From NCBI RefSeq assembly GCF_964204865.1, contig NC_135258.1, forward strand, positions 6,386,001 through 6,450,000: a stretch of 64,000 nucleotides of DNA, read 5' to 3'. Below the pieces are notes generated by a model. It ran no database searches. It was not told the origin of the DNA and saw only the letters and a list, made by a program, of their open reading frames with translations. Below, in pieces: positions 39,046-52,649 of the stretch. Source of the DNA: Styela clava. Its lineage: Eukaryota. Position 1 is the stretch's first letter, and every line of letters starts with the position of its first letter. The position numbers and the translations under genes were made by a program.

Positions 39046-42000
39046 TCTGCTTTTCGTCGTAACTTCGTTTGTAGAAATACCTCAATAATATCACATTCAA
39101 AGCATATAACTTACAGCTTACAGGAAATTGAATCGGTCCGGAGTAGAACGTTACTAGAAATTCGTAGAATTATAGTATTTTGAGCGCAACCTTGTAGCAA
39201 TTACTATTTGAAATTATTGATATTGGGCTATTTTCTGATGGCTTCGTTGTGAATATCAAATTAACAATACTAAACAACTGTATAAATCATTGGTAATTTG
39301 TGTCCTAAAACCTAGCAATGCAATATACAGCCACGTGTGTGTGTGTAGTACAGCGTTTCCCAACATTTTTTGGTCGCGGACTATTTTCTTAACGGTGAAA
39401 CCCTTTGCGGACTCAAGGTGCGTTTATTGCAACCGTATACTCTGTGTGAACAGGCAATAAAACCGAACACAACAGAATTTTAACGAATTTCAACAATGGC
39501 CTTTTCTGTCGCACAATATTCAATCCATGACAACGACGAGAATTTAAGATGTATTCCTATTTTAACTTAATTGTGTTCATGATAATTCGCGGTTGCGTCG
39601 AATTACGACAAGATGAAAGTATTACTTCTCCCAAAATACAATGGCAATCTGTGAACATAATAATGTGAGAATATATTGTCCGATTATACTTAGTTTTGAT
39701 ACATATTTTTGCGATCTTGCTAATTTGTTATCGCCGTTAGAAAAATCCTACTATCTGCTATAAATTTTTAGAAAGTTCAACTTGATTTAGACTTATTAAA
39801 ATATATTTAAAGTATATATATTAGTAAATCAAAAATACATATTCATCGCCATGGTTTATTATTAATTTTATTGTGATCATTTTAATCTGAGGTTGTGTTG
39901 ACGAAATAAAAGCAATACTACTCAGAAAATATGATGACAATCCGTGGACACAAAGATGCGTGGTAAAGTGCCCGATTATATATTTTTTTGATTCGTATTT
40001 TTGTGAATTCGTCAAATCTGAGCTGTTCGTACAACACCTACGGCAATAATCGGAAAGTAATCGGGAATAATTCTGTAACCTACATCCTGCCTATAGCGTG
40101 TAACTAGTTCGACAGAATAAAACAATGGAAAGATATATAGAAAGAGTCTCTACGATTCAAATCAAATACCACAATATATATTTTATATTAGACAGTAGAT
40201 CAATTCATGAGAGGATCTTTTCTCCTGTTTTTTTTTTCCAAAATATATTAGTAGCGCAAAATGAAATGATTAATGCTGAAGTTTCCTTAGAACAAACAAT
40301 TTCTCTCTGGAGTAATTGAAGGCGCTCCAGAAGTAAATGTACCAATTACCAAAATGTAATTAATTTTTTTCGCCTACTTTTGTTGGTAAAGGGACGGAAG
40401 CATATGGGCAGGGGTATATTCACTTGCTATCACAAGAAGTACCCGAACTCGTAATAGAACTAAAATAAGAAAAATCGAAATAAAATTATGGCCGAACCCT
40501 AACCTACCGGAGTACTGATTAAAAGGAAACCAATTGTTCTTTTATGATAATACATTCATTCGTCATTATTTACTATTGAAATTGATGTAAAATAAAATAG
40601 GTTCCACGTATATCCAATTTATGGACTAATTATCTCTGCCAAGCAAACAGGAACCGCAGAATCGTGACAAATTTATAATTCTTCAGTATCCTACATCCTA
40701 TCAAGCGTGAAATAATTTCGACAGGTTTAAAAGTTTACAAATGGTAGATAGAAGAAGTCTTTGAAATTCAAATCAAATAACACCTTATCTATATTATATT
40801 AGACAGCAGATCAATTGATGGAAGGACCTTTATTCTTTTTTTTCGAATATAAATTACTGGTACAAAATAAAATGATTGAATCAGAAATTCCGGAAAACAA
40901 AACAACGCGCTGTGGTATAAGGAAACCGAGATGTCGCCAATTGTTATCACATGAGAATGCATTCATTCTCCTCCATATTCACTATTAAAACAGTTACAAA
41001 GTTACAGATAACCATTATTATGTGTTACCCAATTTAACAAAATATATTTAATTAAAAGTATACTCTGAGGCACAATTGTGAAAGGAATTAAAGTTAATTG
41101 GAATAAAAACAAGATGTCGGCAATTGTGTCCATGAGAATGCATTGAAATGACTCGAAGCACCTAATTGGGTACTCCCTTAGTATGTGTACCAGTTTAGGG
41201 TTAGGTCATATTATTATTCCGATTTTCTTATTTTAGTTCTAATACGAGTTCGCCCATAGGTTTCATTCCCTTAACACAACTTGATGTAAAATAGGTGAAC
41301 AAAATTAGTTGCCTCCATATTGGTATACATACTTCTGGAGCGCCCTAAATTGTGCTATTTGAAAAAGCAACGTGAATTGCCATCATTGTGCTGTTTTAAA
41401 AATGAGTTGTTTTGTTACAGTTTGAAATTCGATTTGAAATAATTTAGCGCAGAAACCTTTAGGTTCTTCAGATATTAAATTGCACTGTTTCACAATGACG
41501 TATTATCAGCAATTTGTGGGTGATATAGATATTATAATGGTTAACTGAAAGAACTCAAAGCAGGCAATCGTGCCATTAGAGAAAAAAGCATCGTGTGAAT
41601 AGGTACAATTGTGTTGTTTTAAAAAATGAGTTATTTGTATTCACAGATCCGGATTCGATTGGAAATAATTGAGTGCGGAAACGTTCAGGATTCAGGTATT
41701 CAATTGCATCGTTTTACAATAGCGTACTAGCTGTCAATCATGGTGAACATATTGCACATATAATACATAAAACAATATATAACACGTTATATATGGATTA
41801 TTGCGACTAATTCAATCTCTGAATAATTTGAATTGAGGAATGAATGAAATGAAAGTGAAATTGAAGATTCGAAAGTCGGAAATTGTGTTCAGATGACAAT
41901 ACATTTAATAAATAATGTTGAGCGCACATACATATTATAAAACCTCTTCGATATATAACTAGAATAACGTCTCCTCCCCCATTTTTGGTCGACTACCAAA

Positions 42001-42382
42001 TTGTACGAGTATCGAGCCGTTCGACTACCGAGTTATCATTGTATAATTGGAAGAAAACCAAGATGTCGGCAATTGTTCTTATGTGAGAATGCATTCATGC
42101 GCCTTTTTTCACTATTGAAATAGATACACAGATGCAAATATAAAAATTAATACTAATAAGATTTTTGATGAATTAAACTAAAATTATTTGAAAGGACTAT
42201 AAGCAGGCTATTGTGCCCTTTGATAAGACATCGCCTGAATTGGCGGGCATTGTGGTCAATAGAAACCCATTCATTAAATCATACATGCATCATTATTGTA
42301 GCATTTTAATATAGATTTATTAACTATTGTCATTATTAATTTTGTCGTAAATGCGCAGGATACTGATCATACAGGTAGAAGA

Positions 42383-42463
42383 TATAAAGCCACTCTTTGT
42401 AGGGCAGGACAACACAACAAGCCGAAGAGCAAAGGCAAACTGTTTGAAAGAAACGAGGTATTT
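42383..42463 (+). promoter_or_regulatory. Putative TATA box and non-coding first exon of copy 4
   Basis: TATAAA at 42383-42388 and donor GAG|GTATTT at 42458. Confidence 0.5.
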
Positions 42464-43459
42464 ATTTTCATTTATTTGGTCAATAGCTATGATCATCGGG
42501 ATTCGAAACTAGGTCATATAATCTGCGGCTTAACTGAGATTAAATAAGCGAGGTTGCTTCAAATTAAATTCATTCAATTCTCTATGTTTCACTGACTTTT
42601 GGCAAATAGGTCTTGTCCGTCGGTATTCGAACTCAAGTCAAATAATCTGCGGTAAAATTGAGATTAACTATTTTGTCACTCGCGGGCCAAAATTAAGGGT
42701 TGCAAGTCTTGACGGGCCGAACATATTTTTTGAAAGTTGAAAACCGAACGGCTGAAGAAACTTCTTCATAAACACCAAGAAATGATACATCTCTCAAATA
42801 GAATATAAATTTATTTCCTCATTGAATTTCATCTCAGATAATTCCATTTGACTATTTTCTGCGTGATTGAACACTTTGCACTTGTCATCAACGGGTTTCG
42901 CGGGCCGGATTATTTTACTTCGCGGGCCGGATCTGACCCGCGGGGCGTGGGTTGCCGACCCCTGCTATAAGGAATTATGTTAAATACTCGATCTTTCGAA
43001 CTCTCTATTTTGTTGATTTTTAGTATCATGATTAAGGATGGATATTACACTCAAGTCGCTTTAACTCATCTAAAGAATTTTGTCCAAACATGTGCGAATC
43101 AATATTCTACTGTTTTTTTATCGTTTATTTTTCCTTTCTTATTCTTCTGGCATTAACTGTGACCATTTATGAGCGCCTGATCGTATCAGTCCCTCCTGTC
43201 TATACAAAACTAATTTATTATTTTGGACCTCCTGAAGTATGCGCACCAAGATGGCCCACAACCTGAACTGAGGTTGTGTACCAGGTTAGGGTTCAGGTTA
43301 TGCGACATCTTGGTGGACATACCTCAGGAGTACCATTATTTTTTATTATTACGATGACTGTTATTTTATTTTGGTTGACGGAAAAAATAAAAATCTCTCT
43401 CTCTATGTGTTAATTTCCTTACATTATACGTTTCAGAAAAAACAAAATCTTCAAAGAAA

Positions 43460-46400
43460 ATGCGTCTGAAAATTGCAGCTACCCTCTTTGTCGCGCTCTC
43501 TCTCCTACTGGTGGAGGAGTCTCATGGTTGGGGGGTCAGAAGACTCGTTCGACGAGTAGGAAGTATAGCTAGGAAGGCTGTGAAAGTCTATAAAAACGTT
43601 AGAAGGCATCCGTAAGTTTATTCTCACTGCTCCTATAAATATTTAGTTAATTACACTGAACATTTTATTACCTTTGCGAGCGCTCGCTCCAGAAGTGTGT
43701 GTTCCAATAAGGAGGTAACTAATTTTGTTCGCCTATTTTACATCAAATTGTGTAAAGAGGTTTGAAACCTAATGGTTTATTAATTTGGCTAACACAGACA
43801 GTCCCCGAACTCGTAACAGAACTGAAATAAGAAAAATTGCAATGAAATTATGGCCTAACGCTAACCTGGTACACACAATACGGGAGTACCCCTTTGTGTA
43901 TAATTTATAATATTATAAAATCTTGAATGTTTTAATTTTTTACAAAGTTTTTAGAATAAGATAGATAGTAACGTGTTTTATACTCCGCCGTGGTACAAAA
44001 AATAGTAACACAGAGGATAAACACACAACTACAAGGAACAAATACTCCACTGATAGTGTGTTTATTCAAGACTATTTTTAAGATAAAAATAGAATTTGAT
44101 GCCGACATTTTAAAGTCCAAGGGTGGGCATTTACTTTCCTAAGTCAGGGGTGTGCAAACTGCGGCCCGCGGGCCAAATGCAGCCCGGAAGGAAAAATTCT
44201 GCGGCCCACAGAATAGTGCCAATTTTGAATGATGTGCCCACGAAACAAGTTATTAGTTTAGATAATTTGGTACGTGCGCACAATTCCAATCTATTCGCAT
44301 CGCAAAGCCTATACCAGTACCTGAGTGGCACCAGGTACTAACTCACCATTTCTGCAAAGCCCCCTAACAATGCCGTAAGATCAATAACAAAAAGAAACAA
44401 TTTTTGGTGCCTGCAACTACTAGAACGGCTATATTAAAAAAAAGCGCGGCCAGCGGTTTCACCTAGTTATTTGTATCCGGCCCTCCTGTAATAAAAGTTG
44501 CACACCTTTATTCTGAGTGGCAATGGACGTCCAAGTTATTTTCAAGCCAAAGTTATTTTCAACAGAAATTTATACGAATAAAAACTACAGTCTAAATTTG
44601 TAGCAAGCACAAGTGGGCCGGATGAAACACTTTGATGGGCTGGATCCGGCCCGCGGGCCTAATTTGTCCACCCGATTTAAACGATAAAAAGAACAAATTT
44701 GATTGGACGTTTAGTTTTTGTTGGGTTTGTGGTAAAAATAAAAAACACCTTCCCCTCAGTGCGACGATATAAAATTCGAATATCAAATTTTTTCAGACAC
44801 TTGGTTTTAGGGGTGCAAGGAGTCAAATTGAAAAAATAATGAAACCGACGAACCCTGTATATATTCTTCATTTATTTTAAAGCTTGGGCCACATTGCCAT
44901 AGAAGCGGCCAAAAATTATGTTAGAAGACGTTGGGACAACAAAGAAGAAATCAGTAGGCTGAGAGAGCTCAGAGAGAAGGTAATCTACTATATTAATCTG
45001 TTTTAGACAAAGCCAGCGGTTATTAAAGTGTCAAGACTTAACAGTTTCGGCATGGCCGGTTACACATCTCGTGTTCAAATCCCATGCCCCTCACCTTAAC
45101 CAGAATGTAATGAATTGGGTATTCAAGGCTGAACCAGAAAAATTGCCATTCTTTTAAAAAAGTCGTCAGATATCATTGACTACTCGTAAAGAATCTCGTT
45201 TAAAGCAAAAGCACTAAATAAGCGTATGCGGATCATAGCAAAAATTCAAGTTTTCTATTTTGAGGCGCGACGGTGTGGCGCATCGTGCTAAGCGTTAGGA
45301 ATACGCTCGCCATCGCACCTCTGATTATCATGCGTGAATGTGCGAAAGGATTCCTAAACTCTTTGCCGTCGTAAGGTGGTTCACCTAACCGCTGGTCGGT
45401 TACGGCTTCTTCCACCATCAAGTCCATACATCTAAAAACAAATAACTGGCTAACTAATTCCATACCCAATATTGACTGGTAACCGATCGAGATGCCGTGG
45501 TTCGCCATATGATTAAGCCAACATTTCGGCATTTCTCTCACCCTGGACAACTAAATACGTGAATCTCATCCTATTTACATCACCATTGTCGTATAAATAC
45601 TTCGCTTCACCATGAATGCCCGTGACGAAATAATATTGGAACAATCCTACATGGCGAGAAATCTGTCGCTATTAACTGATAATCTGAGTGTTGAATAACA
45701 ATCTCCTGCCTATCGCCTAGTTACGAGTCAATATTTCAACAGTTAACTGGTTATTCGTCCTCAATATGTGTAGGCTACTTGATGGTTAAGAAAGTCGTAG
45801 CTGCTGCGTGAATCACCCTACGACAGCAATTCGGTCGCACAAATTATGCCCGCGGAATTTCAACCTTCTATTTCACGTAGAGCAATCAAATGTGGCAATA
45901 GCAAGCGTGTTCCTATCGCCAAGCACAACACCCCAACCTTTGACCTTTAGTTGCAGTCTTTTAATATCTGTTAAATCTTCTTGTGGTTGCACAATCTTGC
46001 ATTATTTCGACAACATCTTGCCTTTTCCAGCGAGATCTTCAAATAGTTGTTCTAGCCAATGCCTCCTGCACTTTTGTGAGCGTGTCAACTCCATAGATGA
46101 ATTATAGGCTTTGACCTTTGACCTTTGACCTTTGACTTCCAAATTTCAGCACAACTTTCTTATTGTTCAGGACGAAGAAGCCTATAAAAACGCAATGTCC
46201 ATGATCGCTAATGAAATTGCGGCAGAATCTGGAGATGGTGAAGCTCAGATCATGATGGAAATGTTGGACGAACTTGCCAGCATGCCTGACGGTAAGTCGC
46301 GTGTTATGTGTTTTATAAAATAAACGATGGATCTTAACAACGTCACACTGTTTTACTCGAATAGTGTTGTTTTATTGCTAATTCACATCCCTGAATATCA

Positions 46401-47025
46401 GTGGTGCTTGCCTGTATAGGGCTTGATGAACGTCATTTTATAAAAAAAAATGAGAAACATGGCATTTGTTCAGTACATACTCCCGGTGGACTAGATAGTC
46501 TGACGCAGTGGTTCTCCAATTGTTTAGGCCCCGCCCCTTTTATAGAGTTTGTCAAGTCACGCGCACTACCTCAAAAATACCCAGCTAACGATAATCTACA
46601 AGTAACAGATAGTAAGGCGAAAGTATGTTTAGTTCAAAATCACGTTAAAAAAAAACATGAATGGAAAGAAAATAATAAAATAAACAAAAAGTTTTGAAAT
46701 GTAAATATCCGAATTAGGTGGGGCAAGATAAAATCTGATAAGTATTTTTATTTTTAATTAGCTTCACGCCCTCTCAAAAAACTGCGCCGGCCGTTTGATA
46801 ACCACTAATCTGATGGGAATATTTTCTGATTAACTGCACGTGACAAGATTTCGTGATTCTCTCCTATAACATACAGTATAAACGTCTTTTTCTTCTATTT
46901 CAGAGGAATTCAACCAATTCATGACTGAGCAAGAACTCGAACAAATTGCAGACTCTGATGAGCTGCTGTTATCAGTTCAGTCAATTCCTGACGGACAGAC
47001 CGACGAACCGACACCCAGTTATTAA
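43460..47025 (+). CDS. Styelin-like antimicrobial peptide precursor, copy 4 (163 aa)
   Basis: Exons 43460-43611, 44883-44979, 46171-46291, 46904-47025. Exon 1 is identical to copy 3. The cationic domain ends ...KNYVRRRW. 6 replacement and 2 silent differences from copy 3. Confidence 0.9.
45946..46136 (-). mobile_element. ~190 bp insertion specific to copy 4, probably a 5'-truncated RTE-like LINE 3' end
   Basis: Absent from copy 3 (35260-35285). Flanked by (TTTGACC)n. The minus strand reads ..QKCRRHWLEQLFEDL.., resembling an RTE ORF2 C-terminus. Confidence 0.5.
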
Positions 47026-49194
47026 TTTTATGCTTCAGTTTTTTCATTGTTTCATACAGATATCGCAGATTTGAAAAAAAAATAAAAATAAAAGTGGCGC
47101 CATCGTAAATTGTAACTGTATTTCATCTGTTCCTGCTAGAGTATTAATTGAGATACATTTAACACAAGGGTGTGCAACCTGCGCCCGGGGGCCAAATGCG
47201 GATCAGAAGTGGAAAATGTGCAGCCGCGAAGAAATGCTAATTTTGAATGGTGTGCAGTGTGCATTGCGTGGCCCGCTAAACCAGTTTTTAATTTAGTTAA
47301 ATCTAGTAATTCCAATCCCTTTACGTTCAAAGCCCATGCCCGAGTTCAACGTAATATCTATGCTTATAACATGGGCCTTCAGTATTATAGATTGCACATT
47401 CCTACTTTAACAGAGCGTAAATTTACCAAACTCCTAACCAGTGTTACCTATAAGGAAATGTTTCACTGAGAAAATGTTTGTTTTACTGAGAAAGAATATT
47501 CTAAAGCTGAGCAGAGTTTTTCACGGTTTATAAACTATGTGAAATATTACAACAGTCTAATATATTGTCGAACAAAGTAGGCTACATATTTAACTTGAAA
47601 AAACGGATTGGGCATTCTAGCTAGGTGTTAGAAAATATAACGAGCCACGCTTCGAAAACGTAATGTTTCAAGTGAGCAAGAATGTGATTTTATTGCACAA
47701 ATGGTCTGGTGTTACCGCGCAGTGGCGAAAAGAAATATACGAGTCGAAATAAAACGATAAATAACTCAACTTCAAGTAAGATTGAAGATTCAGATGTCAG
47801 GCAGAATCTTGCGTCTGAAATCTGTGACTTGTGACACTTGTCGCAGTTAAAAGAAGAGTAGCGCACATAATGTAAACCTGGTCAACGTGACGACACGGTC
47901 AATCACCTGGAGACACAAAGTGAGACGTCGCTATACCCTTATAATTAATAGCAGATTTTGTATATATATATATATATATATAATTGAAATAATTATTCTT
48001 GAACAAAATGAGTTCAATAAATATCAAAAATCAACCGATTTTTTTTGATGAAGGAAATTTTTGGTTGTTCGTTTTATTGTTGGGTAAAAACTGGCCTACA
48101 GCGACAATAAATATTTAATTTAGTTAGAATTATCTCTTGTTTTCATTTTTTCGAATTTGTTTGTTGACCTATTATTTAAATTTTGAACAACTCAACTGCC
48201 GGTAATGTTGTATTTGAGATTACTCTTTAGACTGTCAAGTATTTTGATCGTGAAGAATAACAAAATTCCCGGCATGCAAAGTTGATTTCGCCCGATTGCA
48301 TTTTCAGGAAGCGCTCGTCCTGCACTTGGCACGTAATCCAGACAGACCGAGATGGACAACAAAGTTCCTTTTTATCAGGGGTTCTGAGGGTTTCTTCGTT
48401 ACCGGAATGTCGTTGGAAATTTTCTTTTTCTTGCAATTTCGTTCTTATTTGTTGATTCAGACCGGCTGTTCTCTCCCACTTGGGGAGATAGACAATTTTT
48501 AGGAGGCGTGAAGTTAAATAAATATAAGAGTATGTGTTAGATTTGATCTTGTCCGCATTATTTTAGATATTTACATTTTAAAACTTTTCATTTATTTCTT
48601 TATTTACGTTCTATCCAACGTGTTTTTCGAATAAAACATAGTTTCGCCTTACTATCTTCTTCTCTTCTGTTGTTCATTCACGTTTAATAATAAATAAAGC
48701 AAAGAATCCAAACATAAAGTGGTGATTGAAAGCCTGAGCTAAAATATCAAAATGCTTCGGATACACAAAAAATATGAAACGAACGTTGCAAATAAAACGA
48801 TTGAAAAAGGAAAAACTTTCAAATACTGATCATGACTTTATGGAATCTTTATGTTGTTATCCACCACAAGGAAAGGGCGTTGAGCATCATCGATGCTATT
48901 TGTTTTTCTATTTCATGCAATTGCTTCCTTAATTCGTCCTAAAACAAAATTGGATGTCAGTTATCTCAGCAATATACCAAACATACTTTACTCGGCGCAT
49001 AGTATGTGAACATAGATTGTGCACCAAAATGGCGCACAATCTGAACATAGTATTGTACCTGGTTAGGATTCAGGCTTTGCGCCATCGTGGTGCACATACT
49101 TCCGTAGCGCCCTTTTCTCGGCGCGTCTAATTCATTTTTATACCACGCTGATTCCACGCCTTTCGTCCCGAACATGACTGTGGACATGAAGCCA

Positions 49195-49410
49195 CCGAAG
49201 TCTGTGTACTAATATGAAGGTAACTAATTTTGTTCGCCTACTTTACATCAAGTAGTGTAAAGAGACTGAAACCTATGGGCGGGGGGATATTCACTTGGCT
49301 TACACAGACAGTTCGTAAACTCGTACGTGACAGTAATAGAACTAAAATAGGGAAAATCGGAAGAATATTAGGACCTAACCCTAACCTGGTACACACACTA
49401 CGAATAGGCT
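49195..49410. repeat. Dispersed ~210-bp MITE-like repeat containing CCTAACCCTAACC
   Basis: Homologous copies at ~26965-27180, 27647-27800, 29603-29800, 30457-30635 (reverse), 33006-33213, and their duplicates in unit B. Confidence 0.7.
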
Positions 49411-50286
49411 AGTGAGTATTTCTCGGACACTTAATAAGCGGCGGATAATGCTGTTCTTCTATTTTTGATAATATTTCAAATATCGAGTATTGGCATTGGT
49501 TTGAGCGAACTTGTGAATAATGGAACGGGCATGCAAAGTTTTCTTTCCAATTTGTAATAAATTGTTTTTCATCGAAACGTCAATGCCCAATTTAAATGTA
49601 AGCCTCCAACCAATTTCTTTTACGCGGAAGCAGCAGGTCCTTGCATCAATGCAGCTCGTCTAGTGCCTGGTTGACTGCCGGTAAATAAGAAAGTTATTAA
49701 GATATACCAGTATTGCTGACGTAGTTTCCAACCATTTACCGCTACTTTGTTCAACAGGCCCATCAATCTTCGAACCGAGGCGTGCTATGTAAATAATAAA
49801 CTAATCTGTGCTCCGCTGCGAGAGAAATTTCAATCATGTAGCACTTTTTATTGCAAAACGACAAGATTTATAACATGAGAGCGCTTTTACAATAAGTGTT
49901 AGTTTTGGTGTAAAATTTCGACATCGATTTCCGACTTTGACCCGGTAATTTGTTTAGTTTTAACTATAATTTTCAGGCATCTATATACAGCACAGCTTTG
50001 ACTCAAATAGTATTGAATACGACAAACTTCTTGTTACAAATCTGAACCCCAATATGCTTTACTTACTCTTCAATTGCGTAGTCATTTCATTCTGGAAAAC
50101 AATGTAATATCGGATAAATGGATAAAATATAGACAAATAGTCGTAAATTGGTTACAGTGTATAGTTATATTTGAAATTTAATATCTGCTCTCGAGTTTAT
50201 ACTGCATTCCGGAGAATATGCAGCGTATGGGTATACGGGCGTACATCGTATAGGTATATAATATTTAAAATTTAATTTTTGCCCTC

Positions 50287-51600
50287 GAGTTTATACTGCA
50301 TTCCGAAAAATATGCTGCGAATGGGTATACAGACGTAAAGCGTTACAGCGTATAGGTAATCAATATTTAAAATTTGATATTTGCCCTCGTGTTCATACTG
50401 CATTCTGAAGAATATGCCACACCGACCGCTACCAATAAAATAACAGTGATCGAGCGTTTACCTATTTCTTTTATATACGTGTTTCCGTGGTTCGTATCCG
50501 AAAGTAATGATAATCCAAGTATGGGTTACCTCACAGGATGTCTGTACATGAGATGACAGCTATGTCCAAACTGGTTTATTGTCACAGAACATTGGTACCT
50601 GGCAACACTCTAAACAAAAATCAAAAATTACTGAAGAAATGATTCGGCATAAGTCATACGTCAAAATATTGACATAAGATATAATTTGTTTGTTATGAAA
50701 GCTGAACAGCGTAAGAAATATAATTATGTGAAACAAAAGATATATCGTTCTCATATATATTAGGTCAATGAACCATTGGCGAACGATATAAAATTTTGAC
50801 ACTGTTGTATACAAATACATTTCGATGTCCAATAAATAAGAACAAGACCTACTACTCTTATTTACAAGGAGCGGCCAAAGTAAGGCCGGAGAGTTAATAT
50901 TAACGAAACATCACAAGAGAGATGAGGATATACAAATAATATGAGTTTATACTGCATTCCGAAAAATATGCAGCGAATGGGTATACAGACGTAAAGCGTT
51001 ACAGCGTATAGGTAATCAATATTTCAAATTTGATATTTGCCCTCGTGTTCATACTGCATTCTGAAGAATATGCCACACCGACCGCTACCAATAAAATAAC
51101 AGTGATCGAGCGTTTACCTATTTCTTTTATATACGTGTTTCCGTGGTTCGTATCCGAAAGTAATGATAATCCAAGTATGGGTTACCTCACAGGATGTCTG
51201 TACATGAGATGACAGCTATGTCCAAACTGGTTTATTGTCACAGAACATTGGTACCTGGCAACACTCTAAACAAAAATCAAAAATTACTGAAGAAATGATT
51301 CGACATAAGTCATACGTTAAAATATTAACATAAGATATAATTTGTTTGTTATGAAAGCTGAACAGCGTAAGAAATATAATTATGTGAAACAAAAGATATA
51401 TCGCTCTCATATATATTAGGTCAATGAACCATTGGCGAACGATATAAAATGTTGACACTGTTGTATACAAATACATTTCGATGTCCAATAAATAAGAACA
51501 AGACCTACTACTCTTATTTACAAGGAGCGGCCAAAGTAAGGCCGGAGAGTTAATATTAACGAAACATCACAAGGGAGATGAGGATATACAAATAATATGA
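50287..51600. repeat. 656-bp direct tandem duplication, preceded by ~96-bp sub-repeats
   Basis: 50287-50942 matches 50943-51600; the same short ORFs recur at offset 656. Confidence 0.95.
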
Positions 51601-52649
51601 CTGTTTTATTGGATGTTTATATGGAATTAGGTGTGAATATGGTTCCAGTTCTCATTTATAATGATCTCATTCGTATATGGCATATTGGGGTAACATACAG
51701 CTGGTTTATGGTAGCTACGCAAGACATTTAGCCTATGCTGCTGATAAAGTGCAGTATTCAATTCTCGCTATGAATTAACAGATGTTTGTAGAAAAAGACC
51801 TTATCTACTGTGAGTTGGCCTCTTATCGTCAGTAGGACAATAAAATAAACCAATAGTTTCATTGCCTTCTTCATAAATTTTTACTATTTATAATAAACTG
51901 GAAACAAAGCACTAGTTAAGAATCGAAGAAAAGTAAAAACAAACGGATATATACATATATTACTTATCATTTTACAATCAGGTCAGTTCTAGTACGTTAT
52001 TTATATTAATTATAGCAATCTTTTCTGCATTCGTAGATTTCATTCTCCACGCGCAGAAAGGAGTTTTTACGCATAAAAGACAATGGGCGCCGAGGCTTGG
52101 TGGTTGGAGCGTGCTAGACTTAAATCCTTCCTGAATAATAGTTCCTTACACATCGTTAAATATCAGTGTCATGTTCAAGACGAAAGAAGTGAAATCAGCG
52201 TGATATAAAAATGAATTAGTAGAGTCATATAACATTCATTTCACGGGATGAACACTTGTCGTCCACTCCTATGCTGGCATTATTGATAGGTTGGTGACCT
52301 ACGAACACGGCTATAAACCCGGATATGACTCTGCCTTTTTGTGGTTGCAAACTTTCGGATGTTCATGTAAGGTTTATCAATTAAAGTCATAGATAGAAGT
52401 ACTTAGGAGGTTGTTAAATTCTTGTAGCTATTGGCTTACATTGTTTTTATTGCAAAGAAATCAAAACTACTGTTTTAGTTGATTTCAAATTGTGATCATT
52501 GCTTCGGCTCGGCGGTGTGGCGAATCGTGGCAAGCGATAGCAACACGCTCGCCACCGCACCTTTGATTACTTTGCGTGGGTTCACAGGTGCGAATCCCAT
52601 GGGGGATAATTATGTGTGAGAAGATTGCTGGACTCCTCGCCGCGGTAAG

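Larger units (their letters stand above)
37408..48168 (+). repeat. Segmental tandem duplication, unit B (~10.8 kb)
   Basis: Begins TTTAGCGGCCGTATTAAATATG and ends TTTGTTTGTTGAC, like unit A. Confidence 0.95.

Noticed and set aside
48227-48502. GC-richer patch with short ORFs
   Set aside because: No recognisable motif or convincing splice sites in any frame.
50374-51488. Duplicated 60- and 90-aa ORFs
   Set aside because: Non-ATG starts; the repetition is explained by the 656-bp duplication.
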